Positions 12,571 through 24,489 of a stretch of 64,000 bases of DNA are shown piece after piece. Every line of letters starts with the position of its first letter. Position 1 is the stretch's first letter. The notes under the pieces are model-generated. The model was not told where the DNA came from. It saw only the letters and a program-made list of their open reading frames with translations, and did no database searches. The position numbers and the translations under genes are program-made. Origin of the DNA: Lama guanicoe. Its lineage: Eukaryota. The stretch lies in NCBI GenBank assembly GCA_013239625.1, contig MU057352.1, positions 17,311,447 to 17,375,446 on the forward strand, given 5' to 3'.

Positions 12571-15539
12571 CATCTAACCTGGTGAGTAAATCCTTTTCTC
12601 TGTCCTGTCCTGAAACGCAGCCGCTCTCACACAGCCTCTCTGGAAGACAGTCCTGTGAGACTGAGCAGTCAGTCACACTTTACATGTGCAGCAGCTTCTC
12701 AGTAATGCAGCCCCTCGAATTCGCTGTCCTTCCTCTTTGGCTTACTCTTCTTTTGCTCACTCCCGCTTCCCTAGGATTGCACTTTCTAATAAGGAATTAA
12801 TATATAAAGTGTTTGCCTCGTGCTCTAAATCCTAAGGGATCTGGACTTAGAACTCAAGTCTAGTAAGGAGGCCAGGACCCCCTCCAGCTGAAGGAGGAGC
12901 TAAAAAAGGGTGAAAAAATACATTGGAATCACTTTGCCCAAGGATGTGACTCTGAGCTCCATCCTGGGACATCCTTAACCCCCGCAGAGAAGAGAGCTCC
13001 AGTTGAGGGAACCCAGAGGCTTTGCTCTGCTTTATGAATGTTTTTCAGTGAACTCAGCTGCTAGATGGAAGCTCCCATAGGACAGAAAAACCTTCTCAGC
13101 TAGGTCACCTTAGAGAAAGTGACTTAACTTCTCTGAACTTCAGTTTCCTCGTCCATAGAATAGATACCAATCTCTGCATCAGAGGATTTTTGTGCAAATG
13201 AAGGCTGTTGTCATTGCCCTGTGCCCAGGACTTAGGATGAAATAGAAATTAATGTCTGGGACATGGCTGGATGGCTGTGAAAGAGGGAAAGAGAAACAAA
13301 TGTTGGGGGTCATATACAGGTGATTAGATGTTCTAATTTGGAAGTGACTTAGATCATTTCAACTCCCAAGTCATTATCAGAACTATTCACACCCCCCAAC
13401 CTCACCCCTCCCTCCCTCGCCAAAGGGGGCTGGGAAGTACAGTCTTACCATGTTTCTGGAAGGGAGGAGAATGGAGGACACTTACAAACAGCGCTAACAA
13501 CTACGTCTTTGTTCGATAGACAGCCCTCATACTTTCTAGTTGACCTTTATTTTAGCACAGTCTAGTTAAATTTTCCCCCTTTTTACTGGATATTAAAAGA
13601 AAAGACAGGAAACAGAGTGTGGGATCAGAGGGTTCTTTCAGCCCGGGTAGTACCCCAGTGGCGTATTTAATGGTCATGCTAGCCTACACATGGTCATACT
13701 TATTCCACCTGAAGGTTTGACATTTATTCCAAAGAGCAGTATGCAGTCGTCAAGTACTTCCTTGTGAATGCGAATTCAAAATTCTGCTCAAGGAGTCTAA
13801 GAAGATTACTGGTGACCATAATTATACCTCTTTAGTAAGTCCTGAGGGAATGTCTTGAACTGGCTTCTAACTAAAGAGAATATGAAAAATACACACATTA
13901 ACGACTTCTGTGAATCCTAGCTAAAGACAAAAAGGGCTTGTTTCAGAATGAAAAAATAGTTTTTCGTTTAAAAGAATAACCTGGGATCCTAAAACACAGA
14001 AGTCTTACCACTTAAAAGTAGGTAACAGTTCAAAAGCTGCTTCCTCTTGTGATCTCACTGACTTGAACAGAATTTCCTATCAGTGAAAGTAACTGGGCAG
14101 AAGAAACGTTGACAATGGCAACAGAATATGTATTTTTTAATTTCGTTAGTATATTTTTTCATAGATAAATAAGTCCATTTGATTTTTGTATGTTTGGAAT
14201 ATTAAGTGATATATAATCAAAAGGTTTAATTCATTTTGATGACAAAAGCTTAAAACTAAAGCAGACCTGCCAAATAGCACCTGGTCCAACACCCCTAATT
14301 TAGAAATGAGCAAAGTAGGAGAAGTGAAGTCACTGACTGGACCTCAGAGCCTAGGGCAAAACGGAGAAATAAGATCCCTTGTCTCTTGTCTGCTTGTCTC
14401 CCTTGCAGAGAGAGGTCTTATTGTCACTATGCCCCATAACTGAAATCCTAAATTACTTTTTGTTGTTGGTGGTGGTGGTGCCAATTGATGGTGGGGTGGG
14501 GAAACTTTCTAAAGAATAGGGTCTTGATACCCATATTTTTCCAAGAATAAGGTAAATAGGGTTTCTTTTTTGAATAAGAAAGTAACATTACATGACAAGG
14601 GAGATTTGGGGATCAAAGATTGGAGAAGAAAATTGAATTTACCAAAGGCAGTCACAAAGCTGAGATGAATTACTGTCTTGTTTTAAATCTAAATTCATCT
14701 TGACACCTATTTGTCTATTTTTATAGTTGATTATTTAAGAGGCTCTCACAGAAAATGCTTCCAAGGTGCAGACTAAATTGAAGTGAAAATCCTAAGGCGA
14801 CTCTTTTTTAGTTTTATAGAAGATGCTTCAAAGAAAATTAAACAAAGTTTTCACAGTATTAAACCTATAAGACTAAAGAGATGAATTTTTTAAAAATTCC
14901 ACTAAGAAAGTAATAAATCAGGGCTTTTAGGAGCACATGACTTTTTTTAGAAGGGCTTCAGAAAGAACATTTCCTTTCCTCCTTCATCCTCTGTCCATTT
15001 ATGGTCTGGCTGATTCAGGTGCTTCTGAGAAACTGGGGTGAAAAAAGAGCTACCCAAGCACCTGGGAAGTTATGTCACCTTGGAGCTGGCAGGAACCATT
15101 TTAGTGTGTCTGTAGACTGTTCTGGCCTCGGGAACATTCATTTAGAGAGGCCAGGTAAAAGCGAGAGGGAGCGGGTACCACGCAGCTTCTTACCTAATGT
15201 GTTGTAACACTATTCTTATCCCTTACAACTGTCTAAAAGAATTCTTTTTTTAGGCTTTCTATGCTAGTTACCCCAAAATAAATATTCTGTGGTAGTGAGT
15301 TCCAAAAACTAATTACATGTCACATAAAAATACCGTGTGTATTTCAAGTTGGCTATACCTCCCTCTTTCTTCTTGCACAGATAGTTTACAGATGTTGCTA
15401 GGATTTCCGATTGACTAGTTCCTGCTCTTGTGGGTTGCTAAGTTTGATCTGATTTTTGTTTTCTTTTCTAAACATGGCTCCTATTACTGTTCGTATCTGC
15501 ATTTTGTTTACCTATCAGCATCAGAAACGCCCTCTGGGG

Positions 15540-15750
15540 CTGCTTCCTCCCCTCCTCTCTTGCCCTGTGAAATCATCTGTCCCTATAGCTTTAAAAACCC
15601 ATTCTTATGCTGATGACCTAGAGTTTTTAGTCTTCAGTCCAAGTTTCTCCTTCGCTCTGAACTTTTTCTAAATCCAGATGCCTGTTTGACATCTCTCTTG
15701 GTCTATTTTATGAATGTATCAAATTTATTAAACCAAAAATGGACACTTGA
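15540..15750 (+). mobile_element. L2 ORF2 (reverse transcriptase) remnant
   Basis: tatgctgatgac (YADD) at 15606-15617 within L2-like cctgtttgacatctc context. Confidence 0.7.
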
Positions 15751-16159
15751 TGGGAAGGTCAGGAAGGGGGTTCACCTGACGTTAGGTAGCACCTGCAAGG
15801 GTCAGTATTATAAATCTGGCTCATTTTTTCACTCTCTTAAGAAGGGACCCTTATGAAGGTATTGCTACGTACCTTCATAGTAGAAAGGGACAAAGGAATA
15901 TTTAAAATATTGGTCAGGTGGGTAGGGTGTTATATTTTTAAAAGAGATCAAAGCTCATGTTAGAATGTTAAATCTCTGACAGTGAGCTCAATTCTGTTGG
16001 CGTATCCATGGAAACCAATGGTAGATTATACAAACATCCTAGCACATCTCACTGTAGCTCCTTTGACTCAGCAAACACAAATTTAGTGTCAGGCACGGCG
16101 GAGACCTGGGGGCTATAAATATGAATCAGATGAAAACCTGTGTTTGCAAAGAGCTTATA

Positions 16160-16914
16160 TTTTGTTGACCACAGAGGTAGTGCTATCCCCTAGAAGTTCT
16201 GGAAATTTGTGGGGGATTTCTGTTGTCACAACTGCTAGATGTCCCAAATAATCAAGAATAATCACATGTCCCACACACTTTTAAAATGTCCTATGGACGA
16301 CTAATATAAGTGCTCTAAGTAAAAAAATAAAAATAAAAAACAAAAAAAAACTGTTATTATATGAACCTGGATTCAAATTCCATTATATATACATACATAC
16401 ATACATACATATATATATATATATGTGTGTATATATATATATATATATAGTGATTTTTGCATGATTTTTTATACATATTGAATTTTCCAGGAATTTACAG
16501 CATAAAATTTGATAGAGGATTGTACTTTGTTTTGTGTAAAACTTCAGCGAGATTTGTGTACCATTTCAAAAAATCGCAACACCAAAGCCAACACTGATCA
16601 TGGTTTTGAATACCAGTGCGACACATGTGCTCCTGTCTTTGTTCCTTTTGGTCTGTTCATGGCAATTCTACAAAAAGATGCTAACATATCACCACTTCAT
16701 TAAGTCTTCTAGTGAAGCTTATTTTATTATAAATTACTTTCCTTTTATTTCTCCTTTTTAGTATAGTTATGCTGGCATACTGATTTTTTAAAATTCTATA
16801 TGTAGGTAAAATATATGTGCTTTAAATTTCATTTCAGGAGAGCAAGGGAGTTGTTGTTGCAAAGCGTGTGTTTTAAAAGTGGATGGAAGAAGTCTGATCT
16901 GATTGAGAACTACT
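16160..16914 (+). mobile_element. MER20B (hAT-Charlie) with internal (TACA)n(TA)n microsatellite at ~16385-16449
   Basis: ggaaatttgtggggg...ttgtcacaa, gaattttccaggaa, gattgtactttgttttg, ttattttattataaattactttccttttatttctcc, ending ttgagaactact. Confidence 0.85.
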
Positions 16915-16929
16915 CACCTACCAGGTAAG

Positions 16930-16980
<51 letters not shown>
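16930..16980. repeat. (CA)n microsatellite, ~25 units with one interruption
   Basis: Read directly. Confidence 0.97.
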
Positions 16981-16982
<2 letters not shown>

Positions 16983-19089
16983 TGCACTGATGATGTAGGC
17001 ATCTCGGCTCCGTAGTAGCAACATCAGGGGCAGCCAGGCATCATCAGGCAAGGCCTGAGTAATGCAAACATAATTTTTTTTACAACGACTCTTTCTCTGC
17101 AATATACTTCCCAGTCCTCTTTTTCTGGACTGCAAAGGAAAAACTCAGGCTAAAGGAAATGCTACTGGCTAATGAGATGCAAAAGGAAATAATGCTTTTC
17201 ACAGAAAGCTTTTAGGAAAAGGGAACATGCAGGCAGGGGGGCTGAGGGTTACTTAGAGCAAAACCCAGCTGGCAAGTTAGCGGTTAGGAGAGCAAGAACA
17301 TTGGAGTGTGTTGGTGCCCCTTTGACAGACACCGCCGCAGCTCTCCTTCTAGAACTAAGTGGATAAAGCATCTGGCACAGAATGCTCTCTTCCCCTACCA
17401 GTGGAGTTTGACAACTGTGGTTTTAACCTAAGAAGTGAAATTAAAGACCAGATTGAAATTAGGAATTGTGCGGATGGTTGATGGGTGACAGAAGCCAGCA
17501 AGGTTGCTAGGACAGAAGTTGAGGACTCTTTTGGACTGAGTGTATATACAATTCTCCTGCAAACTTCAGAGGGATGATTCTCTTAAATTAAACAAACAGG
17601 AAGGCTAGATAAATACACTCAACCACTGGGAGAAGGGGAGAAAACCAAAATAAACAACAACAAAATGACAAAAAATCAGGAAGACAGATATATCAGGCAG
17701 TTGTCCTGAAAAAAAAGCCATCTGTGACCTCCCACTCCTTCACCCCTGCCCCCTACCCCAAGTCCTAGGAACATAACATTAATTCAGAGATTAGCTTTGA
17801 GAAGGCCAATAAGTGGTTCTGGCACTCCATGATGGGCAGTTTCAGCCACCAGTTAAAAACTCAGTCTAGGCCAGGATGTTCCCAGGGTATCAGGAGGCAT
17901 CTTGGGCAACATGAATGAAATGACTAGGAGATGTGACCGCCTCCCCTTGCAGAGTCGGTCTGTAACTGCATTAGTGAGCATTCCAGAAAGCCCAGGACTC
18001 CGGCATTAGTCCTAATGACCACCACCCCCTCACTGCTTGCCTGCCAGCATGCTCTCTGCTCTTACAGAAAGAATCTAAGATTCTACTTGGCCAAACAATT
18101 TTACCTTCTTCCACTTCTTAGATTCAGGATGCCTTGCTTTTATCTCCAACAGTGAAACATTCTAGTCCTCCTTCAAAGCAGTAGTCAGTGGCCATCTTTC
18201 CCTCCTCTGAGCACCATCAACACTTTGTTTATATAATTCACTTGGGTCTAGGTCGTCCTGCAGTTATCTGTAAGCATGAGGCTATAAGCTGGTGTTACTA
18301 TGGGACAGGAACTTTATGTGGTTATCTTGCATGTGTGCATCTTATTATCTCTATTTTGTAAAGGAGGAGACTAAAACTCAAGAGAGATGTAACTGGCCCA
18401 CAATCTTTTATCAAGTAGTGGTCCTGGTGTTTGAATTTTCATCCAAAGAAACCAAACTCATAGCTACTGCACAGCAACTTCCTTTATAAGATCCTGGAAG
18501 GCAGGATCTTTCCTATCGCCAAGTCACCTAGTACTTCTTTTTCTATTATTCTCATTACACATCCAATATCTGCCTTCTCCATTAGGCTCTGTGATCTATG
18601 GGGACAGAAACAGTGTCTGTGTTTTCCATTCTGTCCCTAGTGCCCAGTGGCATACCTGGTACAAAGGACCAAATACCTGTAGTGCTTCCGTTTCTTAGAA
18701 CTACATCTTGATGATTACAAAAGGGCATTTGTATGCTTCATGTGTCAGTACTAAGTGTCCGTTTCCAATCATTTATAAAATAAAGTCAATCTCAGAAAAT
18801 ATACAAAGGAAAAGGGAAATTTTCCTATTTAAAGTATTCACTGTGTTTAAGACACAATAAAAGTTTTCTCTTTTGATAATGCTGTATCATCTACAATTAG
18901 TAGGTGATATATTACCTACATACATATCTATATCCATATACATGCCACATATCAAAACATTTGTCTGTTTAGGAATACTTATTATTAGGTACATATATAA
19001 TGGCAATTCCAAAATTTAAAAACCACTGATAATATGTTTATTATTAATTAAATCTCTGACAGAATACAAAAGGCTAGGAAGAATAAAAA

Positions 19090-19537
19090 TGTGCCCATAT
19101 TAATAGAAGAACTATTTATTCTGGCCCAAAACTAGAATAAGTAGATCAATTGTGGTGTAGCCACACAGTGGAATACTATACAGCAGTGAAAATGTGTGAG
19201 CTTTTGTACATCCAACAGTGGAGGTGATATCACGGTAAAACCATAAGTGAAAGTAGCCATACACACACAGAAACTACATAAAGTTCATTTATATAAAGTT
19301 CAAATACAAGCAAAACTCATCTATGGCATTAGGAGTTAGAATACTGATTTCTCAGGCCTTGGCCATAGTGATGACAGGGAGGAAGCCCAGGAAGCTTCTG
19401 GGATGCTGGAAATGCAGTGTTGCTTGATCTGGGTGCTGGCTCACAAGTGTTCACTTTGAGAAACTTCAGTAGGCACTTATGATTTGTGTCATTCTCTCTA
19501 CGTGTCATGCTTTAATAAAGGTTCACGTTTTAAAAAG
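19090..19537 (+). mobile_element. Old L1 (L1ME-type) 3' end
   Basis: gtggaatactatacagcagtgaaaatg...tttatataaagttcaaa...gcaaaact...cttgatctgggtgctgg...aataaa. Confidence 0.8.
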
Positions 19538-20164
19538 TTCTCCATTCTCTCCATATTGGTGGAATAATGATATATGCAAACACACAACATATATGTAGTG
19601 GTACATAAGATTAGCATACTTCAGTATGGACTCGTGTTAATCTACCTCTTCTTAAGTGACGTTGCTGTTTACTTATTTCCTTATGTCTGTGTATCCCAAG
19701 AACTGATTGGGAGACTCCCTAGCCTCCCACCCACTATTTGTGGGTTGGACATTGGAATTCAAGCAGTTACTGCAATACTTTCAAAAACATACATGTGGCT
19801 TAAATATGGATTTTCCTATCCTTTCATGAATGTCTGATTCATATCTCAGTGTACTCCACACTCTGGTGACATAAAGGAAGTAAATCATTGATCATAGACT
19901 AATCTACATACAAGTCTTATTAATTTGATTGGTTAGAATTTAAATTAAAAAAAAAAAGCCAAGTTATAGAAATTCCTTTCTTTTCCAAATAGTATGTTAA
20001 AAATAACTTTTAACCTATTTAGTGCTAAACCTTAATTATTTAAATATATTTTAAAATATAATTAACATTATCACCATATTCTCCACATTATATTGAAGTT
20101 GAGAACTGAAATAACCCATTTTAATAATAAAATGTTATTAAATTTTGCATTTCACAGTAAAAAA

Positions 20165-20208
<44 letters not shown>

Positions 20209-20210
20209 GA
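20165..20210. repeat. Compound (GT)n(GA)n(CAGA)n microsatellite
   Basis: Read directly. Confidence 0.95.
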
Positions 20211-20731
20211 TCTTTTCTCTGGTGCCAATTATTAAAAATTCTCCATAATATTTGCTTAAATGGGGAATGAGCCTAATGATCTATCATATCATATTCACTG
20301 CATCCAAATTTTATTCTAATTATAATAGTTTTAAGAAGGCTGACATCTCCCACTCTATTCTGATCATAAGGGACCACTTTATTGCTAATAATAATAACGC
20401 CCAAGTTAACTAAGTAAAGATGGAGTGAATCATCTGAGATGAAGAAAGACAATAAATAAAATGGGTAATACTCATTCAAATAAAAAAGGTTCAGAGCTCT
20501 TCTCTCTTCCCCATAAAACCAGCAGGAACTTTCCAGTGTAAAAGGACACCCTAGGAGAAGCACAACCAGCTTGGAAAGAGATCTGTTCCAACCTGACCCA
20601 GATCTCTGCTGGAAGAGGCAGCGAGTTGAGCTTTGTCCCCATCAGTCCCCTGGGAGGTGGGGAGACCGGGAGGCAGGCAGCCTGCCCAGGCACCCGGGCA
20701 TCAGCGCCCGCGTCGCCGGCCAGGGACTTAC

Positions 20732-20761
20732 CACGAGCGCGCAGCACAGCCACTTGTTCAT
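20732..20761 (-). CDS. TNFRSF11B: Osteoprotegerin coding exon 1 (signal peptide start, MNKWLCCALV)
   Basis: Minus strand reads gaccacaATG AAC AAG TGG CTG TGC TGC GCG CTC GTG|gtaagtcc. This gives 30 coding nt and a canonical GT donor at 20731-20730, matching the OPG N-terminus and known exon 1 structure. Confidence 0.97.
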
Positions 20762-20830
20762 TGTGGTCCCCGGGAAACCTCAGGCGCTCGGAGGCGGCGG
20801 CGGGGCGAGCGCTACGGTGCGACTCCGCAG
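20762..20830 (-). other. TNFRSF11B: 5'UTR of TNFRSF11B from the TATA-proximal start (TSS position approximate)
   Basis: Sequence gcaccgtagcgctcgccccgccgccgcctccgagcgcctgaggtttcccggggaccaca closely resembles the recalled human OPG 5'UTR; TSS inferred ~25-30 nt downstream of the TATA box. Confidence 0.7.
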
Positions 20831-20847
20831 CCGGTGCACTCATCGCG

Positions 20848-20876
20848 TTATATATAGTGTCCGGGCAACAGGAAGT
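20848..20876 (-). promoter_or_regulatory. TNFRSF11B: Core promoter: TATA box (CTATATATAA, 20857-20848) and ETS site (CAGGAAGT, 20869-20876)
   Basis: Motifs read directly, ~90-115 nt upstream of the ATG. Confidence 0.85.
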
Positions 20877-22689
20877 TTCGGCTTGGCTTTTGATCATTCA
20901 TTCCCTATCTGGACCAAAGTTTACACCTTTCTTTTTTAGGAACCTTGGGCGGGAGCAGGGACGCGGGGGGAGGGTGCGAAAAACTCCGGGGTTAACGCTT
21001 TCAGAGCCAGGGCGGAAAGAAGCGGCAGGAGAGGTGGGAGTAGGGGGTGGGGCGGGATGTCTGGCCCCCGGGAGGGAGAAAAAAAAAAGCCACCCGGCTG
21101 CGGAACAAGGCGGCTGCTGTCTCCGCGCGGCTCTGAGGTTTCCTGGCCCCTTCCCGCCAGCGGCCTGCCTCCTGGCAGCCGCGACCGGCGGTGGGAGGGC
21201 CGGGCGCACGCTGAGTAGCCGCTGTGCCGGGCTCCTCCACCCTGAGCGTCCGATTCAGCCAAGATCCGGGCGATGCCTGCAGTGTGTTCCAGGCACCGTG
21301 TCCCACTTTTGTCTGACCCCCTTCCTAGCGGGTTCTGGGAGCTCAGAACACAAGCGTTCTTATTCATGCACTACATTGTCTCAGAGCGCACAGTTAGGGG
21401 AGTTTGCAATCATTAATCAACAAAGTTGCATAAACCATATAGAAGGAATTTCTCTTAACTTATGTGTGTTTAACAGGTCACTGTTGTCTGGGGTAGAGAG
21501 TCAGGGCAGGAAAAGCCTTGCAGGCTGGGAAATACCTTGGCCGCTATTTTCTTCGTCAGCACCATCATCATCAAAGAGTTACCGGTCCCTTAGTGTCTTA
21601 CATACTGAAATTCTGGAGTTGCCTCTTCGAGGTCTTCCCACTGCCCCCAAGCTGTTGGTGGGAATTTGGTGCTTTGCTGAGGGGTTCTTGCCTTCCCCAC
21701 GGACTCCCACCACCAGCTTGTCTGGAAGTTGGCCCCAACCACGTCTAAAGTGTGGTCCCATTCTGAGGTCCTGCAGTTCACCAGTTTATTCTCAGGTTGC
21801 AACTAGAACTCTGTCCTTACAGATGCTGAAAAAGACACTGCAGAGCCAGCCTCCCCATCAGCGCCGAGTGTTCAATTCTGTAGCTCCTGAGGAGGACAAC
21901 TTCTGCTTTTCATCAGAGTTCAAGTAGAGAAAGGTGAAGAATCGAGGCGGGGTTGGGGGGGGTGACCCCCCAGGGGCCCAGTGTTACCCACAGGGATCAG
22001 AGCATCTGCTCTTTCAAAGCAGCATCTTTCCCCCAGGAGGTCAATGTGGATCCATAGACAGAGTAGAAAGTACTTAGAGGGAAAGATTTCAGCTCTTCGG
22101 CTCTGACCGTGAATTACAGAAGACAGAGGGGCTTATTCAGCTTTCTCTTTCCCCAGCATGGTGGTTTCTTAAGTGAACTAGTGACTGAATGGAGATCAGT
22201 GAGTGGGGACGAAGTGGTATGACTCCAGACCTGCCCCTCAGCTCCTGAACTTCAGCTTTGACACCTACGACCTGAGCTATTGACTTTCAGACTGACCATG
22301 GGACTCAAGTAAATTCAAATGTGAGTAGTAAAGCACCATGTAAACGACAGTGTTATTGTCTTTACTAGGGTAATGCTTGTCTAGGATACCATTTGAAGGC
22401 GTTTTTCTTGAACTAGCATATGATGCCAGTGTGCAGGAGTCAAATCTTGGAGAAAACTGACCAAGGATTGAGTCCTGCTGTGTTAGCCCTGGGACAGCTG
22501 TATGACTCTCTAAGCCTCGGGTTCCTCGTGTGTAAAATATAGTACTGCTATTACAGAGATGTGGGCAGGAGAAAATAAAAGCATTTTTTTAAGTGTTACA
22601 TAAATTAGATTAATCACTAATTGTGAGCACTACATAAAGCATGCTGAGATAACTTAGCACAGTTTACTCATTTACAGCTGTGATTGTTT

Positions 22690-22990
22690 TAGGGGAGTAC
22701 GTAAGATACTGGTCTTTAGAGCCAGACTCCTAGACTTGAACCCCAGATCTACTACATCCTGGCTCTGTGACCTTAGGCAAGTTTTATCTAACCTATTTGT
22801 GTTTCTGTTTGGTTTCGTTATCTGTACAGTGAGAATAAAAATCATGCCAACCTCAGAGGATTATAAAGGTTACTATGAGGTTTAAATTGGATAAAACATG
22901 TAAAGCGCTCAACATAGTATTTAGCTCACACTAAGTACTCACTAACTGCTAGCTATTATTATTGTTGTGTTGTTGTTATTATTATTATTA
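22690..22990 (+). mobile_element. Near full-length MIR with (TTA)n tail (second MIR at ~22450-22600)
   Basis: tttagagccagactcc...tgtgaccttaggcaagtt...catgtaaagcgctcaaca...gctattattatt. Confidence 0.85.
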
Positions 22991-24489
22991 TCTGAGATTC
23001 TTGTAGAGACATTTATACAAATACAAGATAAGCCTGGACTGTAAGCTCCTGAGGGCAGGAATCATATATTTTCCTATGATAGTCCTTGAAGTTTTAGTTC
23101 AGCCAGCATCTGGCCTCCCTAAAATTATTCAGTAAATAATAGTAATGGCGGTGGTGTGTGTGTGTGTGTATGTGTATGTGTTTATGTGGAAAGGGGTGTA
23201 ATTAGCTGTCATCTTGAGAAAAGTCAGGCACCATTTATCCAAGAGTCACAAAATAGACTATGTATTGACTGTGCATTTCAGGGCCTGACTGTGGGCTGTT
23301 TATTAATCTCCCACTGCCAAGAAATAGACAGACAGTCTGAGTTATCGGTCACATCATTGTTCTATTCCTGGAGCAATCTGGCCAGTCCCCCTGGGTCTTC
23401 CCATGTCATGCACGACAGTGAGCAGCAGGCCCTAAACACTTGGAGGCTGGAGTTCATCTTAAGCCTGGTTTGGAATGGACCCAGGGATTCGAGACTGAAT
23501 CCAAGGGGAGATGTCGGAACACTCACTTGGCAGACCCCATTCATCTTCCTGTGACAGAGCCTTCACTGGCAGGGGCGATTCGTGACATTAAACCGAGTGT
23601 CCTGTAAATGTAACTTTCTGTCTCTGGGCACCAGAGACATGTGATGCTGACTTTCTAGGTGACCCTCATCAGGTAGCCCTCATCTTCTCTTCCCTGAGCT
23701 CAAAATTTGGGTTTGGCCCCAGATCAAACACGTTTTCACTGCCCAGATTTCTGATTGCCCCCGCCTCCATTTCAGCCAATCCTATGGCTTAAAGAAATGG
23801 TGCCTGAATACTGGGAAGTCCCACCAGGAAAACATTTCGTCTCTTTAGCACAGAAGCAAAGCACCTGATACGGAAGGCCATTTATAATCATCATCATAAT
23901 GGAAATGCCTGAAACTCAGGACAGGCGTTGATCTAGGTCATCTAGGAGACAAAGCGTACCAGTGGGCTCTGAAGTGACTGATTGAATGTCTAGAACATCT
24001 TACACCTGAGCTCCCACTCCTGCCAACTGGAAGTACAGGTTCTGAGGTAATTGCATATGAAAGGTTATTAACTAGAAGAACAAGAAAATATTCCTTGTTA
24101 TTTCATTGATATTAAAATGAATCTTTTTCTGATTTCATAGAAGAAACAGAAGGAAAAGAAGAGAAATATGCAACTAGCCTATTGATTTTCTTCTCTTCTT
24201 TTATTAATGTTTGCCAGTTTCTTCATTAACAAACACAATTTTAACTACTAATATTCTAGACAAAAGCTGTTTGACTTTTAAGGTGTTACAGACTCTGCAC
24301 AAAAATGGGTGTGTGCTTGCTTTAAGAAATAATGTGCAGAAAGGCCAGGTTATATATACAGCTGAAGTGCTTTCTGCTTGAGTAAGTCACCCATCGCTTA
24401 TGGGTCTGGACGTGTTGGACCAGGGCTCAGTAAGAGCTAGCTAGGGTCCCCACTCAGTGGTAGGATGACTCCAGCATTGCCACTCATTC

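Larger units (their letters stand above)
3322..20731 (-). other. TNFRSF11B: TNFRSF11B intron 1 (17,410 nt, phase 0)
   Basis: GT...AG bounded by the two exons; reading frame continues V10|F11. Confidence 0.95.
20640..21310. promoter_or_regulatory. CpG island / GC-rich promoter with GC boxes (GGGGTGGGGCGGG at ~21044-21056)
   Basis: Sharp rise in GC and CpG density around exon 1 compared with the AT-rich flanks. Confidence 0.9.
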
